DNA of 64,000 nucleotides from an uncultured Methylomirabilota bacterium (GTDB lineage: Bacteria; Methylomirabilota; Methylomirabilia; Methylomirabilales; 2-02-FULL-66-22), in contig OY970067.1 in NCBI GenBank assembly GCA_963705305.1, positions 3,392,001 through 3,456,000 of the forward strand, read 5' to 3'. Below the pieces are notes generated by a model. The model was not told the origin of the DNA. It saw nothing but the letters and a program-made list of their open reading frames with translations, and searched no databases. This document shows, piece after piece, positions 35,427 to 45,554 of this stretch. The position numbers and the translations under genes are program-made. Each line of letters opens with the position of its first letter. Position 1 is the first letter of the stretch.

Positions 35427-36179
35427 ATGAATGACCTGGAGAAGTTCTTCGCCGGCAATTCGGGAAACCTCATCCATAAATGGGAGCATTATTTCGAGAT
35501 CTACGACCGGCATTTTTGCCGGTTCAAAGGCACTGAAGTGCATGTGGTGGAAATCGGCGTCAGGCACGGCGGTTCCCTACAGATGTGGAAGCGCTACTTC
35601 GGCAGCGGTGCGAAGATCTATGGTGTGGACATTAATCCCTATTGTCAGCAGCTGGAGGAAGAGCAGATAAGCATCTTCGTGGGGGATCAGGCCGATCGGA
35701 GATTCCTGCAGTCGCTGGCGGAGCGAATCCCCAGAATTGATATTCTGATCGACGACGGTGGCCACACCATGGAGCAGCAGCGAGCCACCTTTGAGGTACT
35801 GTTCCCTCATATCGAACCGTCCGGGGTCTATGTCTGCGAGGACCTGCATACGTCCTACTGGCGGCGGTTCGGGGGAGGTTACCGACGGCGGGGGAGCTTC
35901 ATCGAGTACACGAAGAATTTCATCGATCTGATGCACGCCTGGCACTCGGAGCAGCCGAAAAGACTGGCGGTGACCGACTTCACACGATCGGCCTATGCGC
36001 TGCATTACTATGACAGTCTCCTGGTGATCGAGAAACGACCGCGGGAGAAGCCGGTCGATTTGCAGACTGGATACCCTTGGGTGCCACCATTCTCTGACGC
36101 CCGCCCTTCGTCCTGGAGCGCCTTGCGAGACGGATGCGGATGGAGCGGGCGGTCGAATTCCTTTTGGAACGCGGCATAA
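35427..36179 (+). CDS. Class I SAM-dependent (sugar O-)methyltransferase
   Basis: HKWEHYFEIY, EIGVRHGGS, GDQAD, IDDGGH, EDLHTSYW. Confidence 0.87.
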   Translation: MNDLEKFFAGNSGNLIHKWEHYFEIYDRHFCRFKGTEVHVVEIGVRHGGSLQMWKRYFGSGAKIYGVDINPYCQQLEEEQISIFVGDQADRRFLQSLAERIPRIDILIDDGGHTMEQQRATFEVLFPHIEPSGVYVCEDLHTSYWRRFGGGYRRRGSFIEYTKNFIDLMHAWHSEQPKRLAVTDFTRSAYALHYYDSLLVIEKRPREKPVDLQTGYPWVPPFSDARPSSWSALRDGCGWSGRSNSFWNAA

Positions 36180-36183
36180 ACGG

Positions 36184-36534
36184 GTGTCCATCCGGAGCCG
36201 ACCCAGTCTGCTCCGCACCTCAACACTGGAGGAATTGATCACAACGGTGAATCTGAGCCACTTTTTCCTGTCCACCGACGAAGAGGTGATGCATATCGCC
36301 GCCGCGCTGGATATTCCTCAAGTGATCCTGTTCGGAGGGAAGGATCCGGTGCAGTGGGCCCCGGTGAGCCGAAAAAGCGTTGTGCTTTTTGGGCGGGGCC
36401 GGGTGGATCGCATATCGGTGCAGGAGGTCGAGGAGGCGGCCGAATCCGTGCTGGCCGTATGGGGCGGGAAGCCGGTGCCTGTGGCCCCCGGATTCCCCGA
36501 GACCACTCCGGCGATTCCCGAGAGCGAAAAGTGA
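36184..36534 (+). pseudogene. GT9 C-terminal remnant
   Basis: LSTDEEVMHIAAALDIPQVILFG aligns with LSTDGGVMHIAAALGVPQVVLFG of 38201-39394; N-terminal two-thirds absent. Confidence 0.75.
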
Positions 36535-36593
36535 GGCGGAGCGCGGCAGGCTTGCCGTGTGTGACTCGTGGAGGATTGGCGGATGACGTCGCG

Positions 36594-38102
36594 ATGAGAG
36601 ATCCTTGGGAGGTTCTCGACCGCCACGCAGTGCTGCTGGTGGCGCTGATGACCGGCATTGTCGTGGCGGTCCACCTCGTGTATTGGGTGTACGCTCCGTA
36701 CAACGGAGACGAGGGCATCTACCTCTATGCCAGCCGGCTGGTGATGGAAGGGAAGATCCTTTACCAGGATACGTTCTTCCATCAGTTTCCCCTTTTCCCA
36801 TACTTTTACGGGAGCATCCTGGAGCCGCTTGGCGGCGGCCTGTATCTGGGCCGCCTGCTTTCCGTCGTCCTCGGCGTCTCGGCCTTCCTGCTCGTTCTGC
36901 CTGTGGCCCGGGCCGTGGCGGGAAACGGGGGGGCGGCCGCGTATGCCATCCTCTACGGCCTCAATTTCTGGGCCATCTCCAATATGGTGCGGGTCAAGCA
37001 CTACGCCTTGACCACCTTTCTCCTCTCCCTCGGCGCGTACTTCCTGCTGGCCTATGCGGGTCGCAAGACCGCGAGGGTTGTCGGGGCCCTCTTGGCCTTC
37101 GCCCTGGCGGCCGCCACGCGGATCAGCACGGCCCCCGTTCTCTTGTTCGCTTGGTGGTATCTCGTCAGGAGGGAGCGGGAAAACAGGCGCCTCACCTGGA
37201 CGGCCCATCTGACCTTTGTGAGCTCTGTCTTCCTGGTCTTTTCGTACGCCCTGTGGGTTCCGGTCCTCCACTTCCTCTACATGACCTTCGGCTATGCCCT
37301 TTCCAACTACGAGCGTCGCGGGGTGTATCGATACTTCACCTGGCAGCTTCGCGTCTTTCGGGGACTGGTCATCTTTCGCATTCCCACCATGGCGCTCCTG
37401 ATCTTGCTGCCTCTCGGCCGCCTTTCCCGCGAGTGGCGATCCCGCCTTCGGTCGGCGTGGCTCTCTCCCACACCGACGATCTTTCTAGGGGCGGTCTGCC
37501 TGACGCTCTTTGTCGTGCATTTTTTCGTGGGCCATGTGCACGAGGACTACCATGTCATTTACTTCCCGCTGCTGGCGGTCCTGGCGGCCCAGGCATTCCG
37601 CGGGCTCGCCGCGGAGGCGCGGCAGCGGGGCCGCCTCCGGGCCTTTTCCGCGTTCAGCGTGTTCCTCGCGATCCTGACCGTGTTCACAGGCGTCCGCTAT
37701 GGCTTTTTCAAGCGGGATGCCTTCCAGGTCCCCTCGACACTCCCCCATTTCTATGCCCAGGCGGAGGTTGTGGCCCGGCGCACCTCTCCGCAGGGTGCAG
37801 ACATCCTGACGTTCTATACGATCGTTCCATACCTGGCCCATCGCCAGGTTGCGCACGGCTTCGAGTACGGCGTGGATACCTACCGCCCGACGGCGACGCC
37901 CGAGGTGGCGAAGGCGTGGAATTTCCTCACGGCCGAGCAAGCCGGGGCCCTGATCCGCAGCGGGCGCGCCCAGGCCATCGGAAAGAAGTTCCTGCTCCAA
38001 TACCTCTGGCAGTCTGATCGGGACGGGACGGTGGCTGCGGCCGTCCGGGACCACTATGAGGAGGAAATGGGGTATTATTACCTGCGGTCGCCCGCCAGGT
38101 AG
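36594..38102 (+). CDS. Polytopic membrane GT-C glycosyltransferase (ArnT/PMT-like)
   Basis: First-loop GDEGIY..LYQD.FFHQFPL, many hydrophobic segments. Confidence 0.75.
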   Translation: MRDPWEVLDRHAVLLVALMTGIVVAVHLVYWVYAPYNGDEGIYLYASRLVMEGKILYQDTFFHQFPLFPYFYGSILEPLGGGLYLGRLLSVVLGVSAFLLVLPVARAVAGNGGAAAYAILYGLNFWAISNMVRVKHYALTTFLLSLGAYFLLAYAGRKTARVVGALLAFALAAATRISTAPVLLFAWWYLVRRERENRRLTWTAHLTFVSSVFLVFSYALWVPVLHFLYMTFGYALSNYERRGVYRYFTWQLRVFRGLVIFRIPTMALLILLPLGRLSREWRSRLRSAWLSPTPTIFLGAVCLTLFVVHFFVGHVHEDYHVIYFPLLAVLAAQAFRGLAAEARQRGRLRAFSAFSVFLAILTVFTGVRYGFFKRDAFQVPSTLPHFYAQAEVVARRTSPQGADILTFYTIVPYLAHRQVAHGFEYGVDTYRPTATPEVAKAWNFLTAEQAGALIRSGRAQAIGKKFLLQYLWQSDRDGTVAAAVRDHYEEEMGYYYLRSPAR

Positions 38103-38200
38103 GAGCGGGCGGCGGTGCGCAGCCGGAGTCGCGAGTCCGGGGGCGGGAGCGTGATGGGGAAATCGGGGCTGCCGGGCAGGGTGCGAGCAAGGACGCGAGC

Positions 38201-39394
38201 GTGAATCGTATCCGTCGATGGTTCGAGTGGGTTGTGGAACTGGGCGTCCACCGGCGCATCCCCCGGGAGGCCCCACCCTTCGCGGCGGAGCGGGTCAGGC
38301 GCATCCTGGTCGTCCGCAATGATAATATCGGAGATCTGCTGTGCGCCACGCCGGCCCTCCGGGCCCTGCGGCGGGCCTTCCCTGGCAGCGAGATCACGAT
38401 CCTGGTGCCCGAGCACTGCCGGCCCGCGGTGGAACGAAACCCGGATGTGGACTCCGTACTGGGCTACGCCAAGGCCAAGCATCGGGCCGGCTGGCTGGGG
38501 GTCGGGGCTCTCTGGGAGCTGACCCGTGTCCTGCGGGAGCTGCGGAGGCGCCGGTTCGACTTGGCGATCACCGTCCGCCGCCCCTTCAGCCGCACGAGCG
38601 CCTGGTTGGGGTATGCCAGCGGGGCGCCCTGGCGCCTCGGCTTTCGCGCGCCGGCTGGCCACCCGTTCCGATTCTTCCTGAATCTGGGAACGCCGGCCGA
38701 ACGGGCGGGCGACGAGCCGCACGAGGTTGACAGCTGCCTGGCGCTTCTGAGGTGCCTGGGCATCCCCCCGGCAGGCCGGGAGCTGACCCTCTTCCCAGAT
38801 CCGGAGGCGCAGGAAGCGGTGCGCCGTCGGCTGGCGGAGACTGGCATCGATCCTGCCGCCGGACTGGCGCTGGTGCACATCAGCAACCGGCGAGAGAGCG
38901 GCCGCTGGTCGCTGGATGCGTTCGCGCACGCTGCGGACGCCCTGCATGACCGGTTCGGCATGGTGGTGGCGCTCTCCTGGGCTCCAGGGGACGCGGCGAA
39001 TCCCCTGTTTCCGGGAGACGACGGGAAGGCCGACGAGGTCGCGCGCCAGATGCGGACGCTGCCCGTCCTGCTCTCCACCCCCCGGCTTGCGGAGCTGATC
39101 GCCGCCGTGAGCCTCAGCGACTTCGTGCTGTCCACGGATGGGGGGGTTATGCACATCGCCGCGGCCCTGGGCGTCCCCCAGGTCGTGCTCTTCGGCAAGA
39201 CCTCGACGGCTGTCTGGTCGCCGGTGAGCGAGAAAAGTCTGGTGCTCCAGCGCGGGAGCCACGTACGAAATCTTTCCGTGGAGGAGGTCGTGGCGGCGGC
39301 GGCCTCGGTGATTTCCCGGTGGGGACGCGGCGTCGGGTCGGCGGATGCGGGTGTCACGCAGCCTGCCGTCGATGGCGGGAGGCGCCCCCGGTGA
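38201..39394 (+). CDS. GT9 heptosyltransferase family
   Basis: VRNDNIGDLL, HEVD, STDGGVMHIAAA. Confidence 0.88.
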   Translation: MNRIRRWFEWVVELGVHRRIPREAPPFAAERVRRILVVRNDNIGDLLCATPALRALRRAFPGSEITILVPEHCRPAVERNPDVDSVLGYAKAKHRAGWLGVGALWELTRVLRELRRRRFDLAITVRRPFSRTSAWLGYASGAPWRLGFRAPAGHPFRFFLNLGTPAERAGDEPHEVDSCLALLRCLGIPPAGRELTLFPDPEAQEAVRRRLAETGIDPAAGLALVHISNRRESGRWSLDAFAHAADALHDRFGMVVALSWAPGDAANPLFPGDDGKADEVARQMRTLPVLLSTPRLAELIAAVSLSDFVLSTDGGVMHIAAALGVPQVVLFGKTSTAVWSPVSEKSLVLQRGSHVRNLSVEEVVAAAASVISRWGRGVGSADAGVTQPAVDGGRRPR

Positions 39395-39425
39395 TTGGCG
39401 CTTCAAGCGATTTCTCGGTTCGGAG

Positions 39426-39605
39426 CTAGTGTAGTGCGTCAGAAATCTCTCGACGTTTCGTCACCCCGGCGAACGCCGGGGTCCAGGCCGTGAGATCGAT
39501 CCTGGAGGGGCATGCTGGATGCCGGCTGGAGTTTACCCCGGTGAATACCGGGGCCGCTATGACGGCCGCCCAAAAGATAAAGAAGCGTTGGACGCATTAC
39601 ACTCG
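39426..39605. mobile_element. MITE-like element (~180 bp) with internal REP doublet
   Basis: Terminal inverted repeats AGTGTAGTGCGTC (39428-39440) and GACGCATTACACT (39591-39603), 12/13 match; internal CGTCACCCCGGCGAACGCCGGGGTCCAG...CTGGATGCCGG...ATGACG. Confidence 0.6.
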
Positions 39606-39655
39606 GTTCGGCGCAGGCCCAGGGGTCCCTTGAGCAGGAAACGGGAGCGGCACGG

Positions 39656-40915
39656 ATGGCCGATGACCTGAAAGCGCTGGCGCTGTTCGGCGGGCCGCCG
39701 GTCCGCCGCGAGTTCCTTCCCTTCCACCGTCCCAGCTTCGGCCCGGAAGAGGAGGCCGAGGTGGTGGACGCCCTCCGCTCGGGCTGGGTTACCATGGGAC
39801 CCAAGACCAAGCGGCTGGAGGCCGCATTCCGCGAGCGGCTGGCGACCCCCCACGCGGTGGCGGTGAGCTCCTGCACAGCGGCCATCCACCTGGCCTTGAT
39901 CGGGCTGGGGATCGGCTCTGGCGACGAGGTGGTGACGACGCCGCTCGGCTTCGCCACGACGGCCAACGTCCTGGTGCACGTGGGCGCCCGCCCCGTCTTC
40001 GCCGACGTGGAGCCCGACACCCTCAACCTAGACCCGGCCGCCGCCGCGACCTGCATCACGGCGCGCACCCGGGCCATCATGCCGGTCCACCTGCACGGCC
40101 ACCCCTGCGATATGGACCGGCTCCGGGCGCTGGCCGACCGGCACGGACTCCTCCTGATCGAGGACGCCGCCCATGCCATCGAGGCTACCTATAAAGGGCG
40201 GCCCATGGGCCGCGACGCCAGCGCGGCGGCATTCAGCTTCTACGCCACCAAGAACATCACCACGGGCGAGGGCGGGATGCTGATCACCTCCCGGCGCGAC
40301 CTGGCGGAAAAGGCGGAGATCCTTCGGCTGCACGGCATGAGCCGGGACGCCTGGAACCGGTACGGCTCGGAGGGCTACCGGCACTGGGACATCCTGCTGC
40401 CCGGGTACAAGTACAATCTGTCGGACGTCCTGGCGGCCATCGGGCTGGCGCAGCTCCCCAAGCTGGAGAAGTTCTGGACCGATCGGCAGCGGCTCTTCGC
40501 CGCCTATGATGCCGCGCTGGCGGACCTGCCCGAGGTGATCCGACCGGTCGTGCGTCCCGGGGTCCGGTCGGCCTACCACCTGTATAACATCCGGGTGAGG
40601 GTGGAAGAGCTCTGCTGGACCCGGGACCAGATCATGGCGGCGATCCAGGCGGAGAATATCGGCCTGGGGGTTCACTTCCGGGCCCTGCATCTCCATCCCT
40701 ACTACCGGGAAGTGATGGGCTTTCGCCGCGGGCTGTGCCCGGCGGCCGAGGCGGCGTCCGACCGGCTCTTCTCGCTGCCCCTGTACCCGGCTCTCGCGGA
40801 GGCGGATCTGGCCGATGTGGTGGCGGCGGTGCGCAAGGTCCTGCGCGCCGCCCGGGAGCATCCGTTCCCCGCGGCCACGGGCGCTACGGCGCCCCCGGAT
40901 GCGGCGGCGAGGTGA
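39656..40915 (+). CDS. DegT/DnrJ/EryC1/StrS PLP aminotransferase (ArnB-like)
   Basis: LPFHRP, SGWVTMGP, EDAAHA, FSFYATKNITTGEGG, GYKYNLSD. Confidence 0.9.
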   Translation: MADDLKALALFGGPPVRREFLPFHRPSFGPEEEAEVVDALRSGWVTMGPKTKRLEAAFRERLATPHAVAVSSCTAAIHLALIGLGIGSGDEVVTTPLGFATTANVLVHVGARPVFADVEPDTLNLDPAAAATCITARTRAIMPVHLHGHPCDMDRLRALADRHGLLLIEDAAHAIEATYKGRPMGRDASAAAFSFYATKNITTGEGGMLITSRRDLAEKAEILRLHGMSRDAWNRYGSEGYRHWDILLPGYKYNLSDVLAAIGLAQLPKLEKFWTDRQRLFAAYDAALADLPEVIRPVVRPGVRSAYHLYNIRVRVEELCWTRDQIMAAIQAENIGLGVHFRALHLHPYYREVMGFRRGLCPAAEAASDRLFSLPLYPALAEADLADVVAAVRKVLRAAREHPFPAATGATAPPDAAAR

Positions 40916-40917
40916 GG

Positions 40918-41889
40918 ATGGAGCAGAAGGAGATCCTGGCGATTGCCAAACGGGTCCTCGTCATCGAGGCGGAGGCCATTCGGGCGCTGGTCCCCCGGCT
41001 GGGGGAAGGCTTCGAGCGGGCCATCGGCCTTCTCCTGGCCTGCCAGGGGCGCGTCGTGCTCACGGGCATGGGGAAGTCGGGATTGGTGGCCAAGAAGATC
41101 GCGGCCACGCTGGCCAGCACCGGCACGCCGGCGCTCTTCCTGCATCCCGCCGAGGGGGTCCACGGAGACCTGGGGATGGTGGTGCGGGGCGACGTGGTCC
41201 TGGCCGTCTCCAACAGTGGCGAGACCGGGGAGCTCACCCAACTCCTGCCGGCCTTCAAGCGTCTGGGCGTGCCGCTGATCTGCTTGGTGGGCAACCGGGA
41301 ATCGACGCTGGCGCGTGAGAGCGAGGTGGCGCTGGATGTGGGGGTGGCGGAGGAGGCCTGCCCGCTGAATCTGGCCCCCACGGCCAGCACCACGGCAGCC
41401 CTGGCGATGGGAGATGCGCTGGCCGTGGCCCTGCTGGAGCGTCGGGGGATCCGGACCGAGGATTTCGCGCTGGTCCACCCGGGCGGCACCCTGGGCAGAA
41501 AACTGCTGCTGAAGGTCGAGGAGCTCATGCACCGGGGCGCGGAGCTGCCCCTGGTGCATGAAGATGTCCCCATGCGGGAGGCCATCCCGGTGATCAGCGG
41601 GAAGCGGCTGGGCATGACGGCGGTGGCCGACGGCGCCGGGCGCCTGGCGGGCATCATCACCGACGGGGATCTGCGGCGCGCCCTGCAGCGCTGGCCCGAC
41701 CTGCTGGAGCGGCCGGTGCATTCCGTGATGACCCGCGGGCCGAAGTGCATCGCCAAGGAGGAGCTGGCGGCGAAGGCGGTGCAGCTCATGGAGCAGCACG
41801 CCATCACCTCTCTCCTGATCGTGGACGGGGCCGGGCGACCTGAAGGGGTCATCCACCTGCACGATCTGCTGCGGGCGGGCGTCGTCTGA
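40918..41889 (+). CDS. kdsD: Arabinose-5-phosphate isomerase (KpsF/GutQ)
   Basis: GMGKSG, HGDLG, EACPLNLAPTAST, HPGGTLG, CBS pair. Confidence 0.95.
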   Translation: MEQKEILAIAKRVLVIEAEAIRALVPRLGEGFERAIGLLLACQGRVVLTGMGKSGLVAKKIAATLASTGTPALFLHPAEGVHGDLGMVVRGDVVLAVSNSGETGELTQLLPAFKRLGVPLICLVGNRESTLARESEVALDVGVAEEACPLNLAPTASTTAALAMGDALAVALLERRGIRTEDFALVHPGGTLGRKLLLKVEELMHRGAELPLVHEDVPMREAIPVISGKRLGMTAVADGAGRLAGIITDGDLRRALQRWPDLLERPVHSVMTRGPKCIAKEELAAKAVQLMEQHAITSLLIVDGAGRPEGVIHLHDLLRAGVV

Positions 41890-41898
41890 GCCGAGCCC

Positions 41899-41999
41899 AA
41901 TGCGGAATGGGGAATGCGGAATGCGGAACGGGAAGTCGGGCCGGGCGTCGCGCCCGGTCAAGCAATTCGAATTTCGAAGTTCGAATTTCGAAATTTCCC
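41899..41999. repeat. AATGCGG array, GC hairpin and TTCGAA array
   Basis: AATGCGG-like x5 (41899-41933); CCGGGCG-TCG-CGCCCGG; TTCGAAN x4 (41966-41993). Confidence 0.85.
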
Positions 42000-42517
42000 C
42001 GTCGGTCCTGCGACGGGCGCGGCACATCCGGCTGCTGGTCCTGGACGTGGATGGGGTCCTGACCGACGGGCGTCTGGTGTATGGCCCGACCGGCGAGGTC
42101 CAGATGGTTTTTCACGTGCACGACGGGCAGGGACTGAAATTGGCGCTGGACTGCGGCCTGGAGGTGGCCATCGTCACCGGCCGGGAATCTCCTATGCTGG
42201 CCCGGCGAGCGGCGGAGCTGGGCATCACGGAGCTGCATCAGGCCGTGGCGAACAAGCTGCCGGTGTGGGAGGAGCTGTTGAGACGCCGCGGCCTGGCCCC
42301 GTCCCAGGTCGCCTGCATCGGCGACGACCTGGGGGATCTCCCCATGCTGCGGCGGGCGGGCTTGGCCATCACCGTTCCCGGGGCCGTCACCGACGTGCGG
42401 GCAGCCTCCCACTACATCACCGGTCGGCCGGGCGGCCAGGGGGCGGTGCGGGAGTCGGTGGAGCTCGTGCTCAGAGCTGGCGGGCACTGGAAGAGGATCC
42501 TGGAGGGCTACCGATGA
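41900..42517 (+). CDS. kdsC: KDO 8-phosphate phosphatase (HAD), repeat-derived N-terminal extension
   Basis: LDVDGVLTDG, HDGQG, IGDDLGD, GGQGAVRE; start uncertain (41900 or 41921). Confidence 0.9.
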   Translation: MRNGECGMRNGKSGRASRPVKQFEFRSSNFEISPSVLRRARHIRLLVLDVDGVLTDGRLVYGPTGEVQMVFHVHDGQGLKLALDCGLEVAIVTGRESPMLARRAAELGITELHQAVANKLPVWEELLRRRGLAPSQVACIGDDLGDLPMLRRAGLAITVPGAVTDVRAASHYITGRPGGQGAVRESVELVLRAGGHWKRILEGYR

Positions 42518-44307
42518 CGCCTCTGCAGGTCTTCCGTGGGATCGGCGTGTCACCGGGAATCGCGGTCGGCAAGGCCTTGGTCCTGGAGATGCGGCGCCCC
42601 CGCGCCAAGCGAGTTCCGCTGGTGCCGGAGCAGGTCGCCGCGGAGGTGGCGCGTCTGCGCCAGGCCTTGGAGACCTCCCGCCGCCAGATTCAGGAGATCC
42701 AGGAGCGGATCGGCAACGAGATCGGAACGCAGTACGCTCGCATCTTCGATGCCCACCTGATGATCTTGCAGGATCGCCTGCTGGCGGAGGAGGCCACGGC
42801 CTACATCCAGTCCAGGGCGGTGAACGCCGAGTACGCCGTCCAGGAAGTGTTGGAGCCGGTGCGGCAGGCCTTCTCGCGGCTGGAGGACGGGTACCTGCGC
42901 GACCGGCGCACGGACGTGGACGATGTGGGGGATCGGATCCTGCGCAACCTGCTGGGCCAGCGCCCGGGGCTCAAGATCGACCGGCCCGGAGAGAGCATCC
43001 TGCTGGCCCAGGACCTCAGCCCCTCGGAGACGGCGCTCTTGCCCCGCGGGGCCGTCCTGGGCATCGTGACCGAGACCGGAGGGCGGACATCGCACAGCGC
43101 CATCCTGGCCCGCTCGCTGGAGATCCCGGCCGTGGTGGGGGTGGAGACCGTGTGCGGCCACGTCAGCAACCTCACCCCGGTGATCCTGGACGGGACGGAG
43201 GGTCTGGTCATCCTCAATCCCGACCGGGAGACGCTGGCGCACTACCACGGGCGCAAGCAGCACCTGGAATACGTGGATCGATCCCTGCACAAGCTGGTGG
43301 CCTTGCCGGCCGAGACGCAGGACGGCTATCTGGTGCGGGTCAGCGCCAACATCGAGTTTCCGGAAGAGGTGGGACAGGCCAAGGCCCACGGGGCCGAAGG
43401 GGTGGGGCTGTACCGCAGCGAGTTCCTGTATCTGAACCGCACCGATCTCCCGACGGAAGAGGAGCATGTGGCGGTCTATCGAGCGGTGGCCGCCGAGATG
43501 CATCCCCGCCCGACCGTGATCCGCACCCTGGACTTCGGCGGCGGCAAGCTGGCCTCCGCCATCCAGCTGCCCGACGAGGAGAACCCCTCGCTGGGCCTGC
43601 GCGCCATCCGCTTGTGCCTCCACCACCCGGATCTGTTCCGGACCCAATTGCGGGGGATCCTCCGCGCCAGCGCCTTCGGGACGCTGCGCATCATGTACCC
43701 GATGGTCTCCGGGGTGGCGGAGGTGCGGGAGGCCAACGCCATGCTGACGGAGGTCAAGGCCGAGCTCGCGCGGGAGGGGCTCCCCTTCGACTCGGACATC
43801 CGGGTCGGCGCCATGATCGAGATCCCTTCGGCGGCGGTGATCGCCGACCTGCTGGCCCGGGAAGTGGACTTCTTCAGCATCGGCACCAACGACCTGATCC
43901 AGTACGCCCTGGCCATCGACCGGATCAACGAGCAGGTCGCCTACCTGTACGAGCCCCTGCACCCGGCGGTCCTCCGCATGTTGCGCAACGTGATGAGCGC
44001 CGCCCACAACGAGGGGATCTGGGTGGCCATGTGCGGCGAGATGGCCAGCGATCCCCTCCACGGTCTGCTGTTGGTCGGGCTGGGCTTCGACGAGCTCTCC
44101 ATGACCCCGTCCTCCATCCCGTTGATGAAGCGGATCATCCGCTCCGTGACCTACGGCGAGGCTGCGGAGGTGGCCCAGCGCGTCTTCGGGTGCGCCACGG
44201 CGCCGGAGGTGGAGCACGTGTTGCGCCGGGAGATGCGGGCCCGCTTCCCGGAATATTTCGCCGGCGAGCCGCCCTCGGACGCGGACGCCGGCCCGGGTTT
44301 TCCTTGA
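42514..44307 (+). CDS. ptsI: PTS enzyme I
   Basis: [16 protein letters not shown] phospho-His, [31 protein letters not shown]. Confidence 0.95.
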   Translation: MTPLQVFRGIGVSPGIAVGKALVLEMRRPRAKRVPLVPEQVAAEVARLRQALETSRRQIQEIQERIGNEIGTQYARIFDAHLMILQDRLLAEEATAYIQSRAVNAEYAVQEVLEPVRQAFSRLEDGYLRDRRTDVDDVGDRILRNLLGQRPGLKIDRPGESILLAQDLSPSETALLPRGAVLGIVTETGGRTSHSAILARSLEIPAVVGVETVCGHVSNLTPVILDGTEGLVILNPDRETLAHYHGRKQHLEYVDRSLHKLVALPAETQDGYLVRVSANIEFPEEVGQAKAHGAEGVGLYRSEFLYLNRTDLPTEEEHVAVYRAVAAEMHPRPTVIRTLDFGGGKLASAIQLPDEENPSLGLRAIRLCLHHPDLFRTQLRGILRASAFGTLRIMYPMVSGVAEVREANAMLTEVKAELAREGLPFDSDIRVGAMIEIPSAAVIADLLAREVDFFSIGTNDLIQYALAIDRINEQVAYLYEPLHPAVLRMLRNVMSAAHNEGIWVAMCGEMASDPLHGLLLVGLGFDELSMTPSSIPLMKRIIRSVTYGEAAEVAQRVFGCATAPEVEHVLRREMRARFPEYFAGEPPSDADAGPGFP

Positions 44308-44331
44308 CTTTCGGTCACCCTGTGTTAGAGT
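44304..44331 (+). promoter_or_regulatory. Putative sigma70 promoter of metK
   Basis: TTGACT-16nt-TAGAGT with TGn extension. Confidence 0.5.
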
Positions 44332-44386
44332 CACGCCGCTCGAAAAGGGGACAATGACCTGGTGCTCTCAGCAGGAGGGAATTTCC

Positions 44387-45547
44387 GTGCCGTCACGACA
44401 ATATCTGTTCACCTCGGAGTCGGTCACCGAGGGCCATCCCGATAAGATCGCCGACCAGATCTCCGATGCGGTGCTGGATGCCGTGTTCAGCCAGGACCCC
44501 TACGGCCGCGTGGCCTGCGAGACCTTGGTGACCACCGGGCTGGCCTTCATCGCGGGAGAGATCACGACCAACTGCTACGTGGATATCCCGAAGGTGGCGC
44601 GCGAAGTGATCCGCGACGTGGGATACACGCGGGCCAAGTACGGCTTCGACTACGAGACCTGTTCGGTGATCACCGCCATCCAGGAGCAGTCCTCCGACAT
44701 CGCCCTGGGGGTGGATGTGCAGGGGGCCGGCGACCAGGGGCTGATGTTCGGCTACGCCACCACCGAGACCGCCGAATTGATGCCCATGCCCATCATGCTG
44801 GCCCACAAGCTGGTCATGCGGCTCACCGAGGTGCGACGCAAAGAGATCCTGCATTACCTTCGGCCCGACGGCAAATCCCAGGTCACGGTAGAGTACACCG
44901 ACGGGAAGCCGAGCCGCGTGGATACCGTGGTGATCTCGACCCAGCACAGCCCCGAGGTGAACCTGAAGCAGATCCGGGAGGACGTGATCGAGACGGTCAT
45001 CCTGCCCGTGCTGCCCCCGGAGCTGCTGGATCCGGAGCGGGTCACCTACCACATCAACCCCACGGGCCGGTTCGTGATCGGCGGCCCCCACGGGGATACG
45101 GGCCTCACCGGACGGAAGATCATCGTCGACACCTACGGCGGGGTGGGCAGCCATGGTGGCGGCTGCTTCTCGGGAAAGGACCCGACGAAGGTGGATCGGT
45201 CCGCGTCCTACATGGCCCGCTACATTGCCAAGAACCTGGTGGCGGCGGGCCTCTGCGACACGTGCGAGGTCCAGCTCGCCTACGCCATCGGCGTGGCCGA
45301 CCCGGTCTCCATCATGGTCGACAGCCGCGGCACCGGCCGCATCCCCGACGAGGAGATGCAGAAGCTGGTGCGCGCGCACTTCGAGCTGACGCCGGCCGGG
45401 ATCATCAAGCAGCTCGACCTGCGGCGGCCCATCTTCCGGAAGACCGCCGCGTACGGCCATTTTGGGCGGAGCGAGCCGGAGTTCACCTGGGAGCGGACCG
45501 ACAAGGCGGACGCGCTGAAGAAAGATGCCGGACGCCTGGGCGCGTGA
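44387..45547 (+). CDS. metK: S-adenosylmethionine synthetase
   Basis: [42 protein letters not shown] start after AGGAGG. Confidence 0.97.
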   Translation: MPSRQYLFTSESVTEGHPDKIADQISDAVLDAVFSQDPYGRVACETLVTTGLAFIAGEITTNCYVDIPKVAREVIRDVGYTRAKYGFDYETCSVITAIQEQSSDIALGVDVQGAGDQGLMFGYATTETAELMPMPIMLAHKLVMRLTEVRRKEILHYLRPDGKSQVTVEYTDGKPSRVDTVVISTQHSPEVNLKQIREDVIETVILPVLPPELLDPERVTYHINPTGRFVIGGPHGDTGLTGRKIIVDTYGGVGSHGGGCFSGKDPTKVDRSASYMARYIAKNLVAAGLCDTCEVQLAYAIGVADPVSIMVDSRGTGRIPDEEMQKLVRAHFELTPAGIIKQLDLRRPIFRKTAAYGHFGRSEPEFTWERTDKADALKKDAGRLGA

Positions 45548-45554
45548 TCCGGGG

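Noticed and set aside
41914..42513. N-terminal extension of PtsI
   Set aside because: Overlaps kdsC in another frame; PtsI homology starts at 42514
44332..44386. SAM or SAH riboswitch upstream of metK
   Set aside because: Leader is only about 50 nt and has no consensus I recognise
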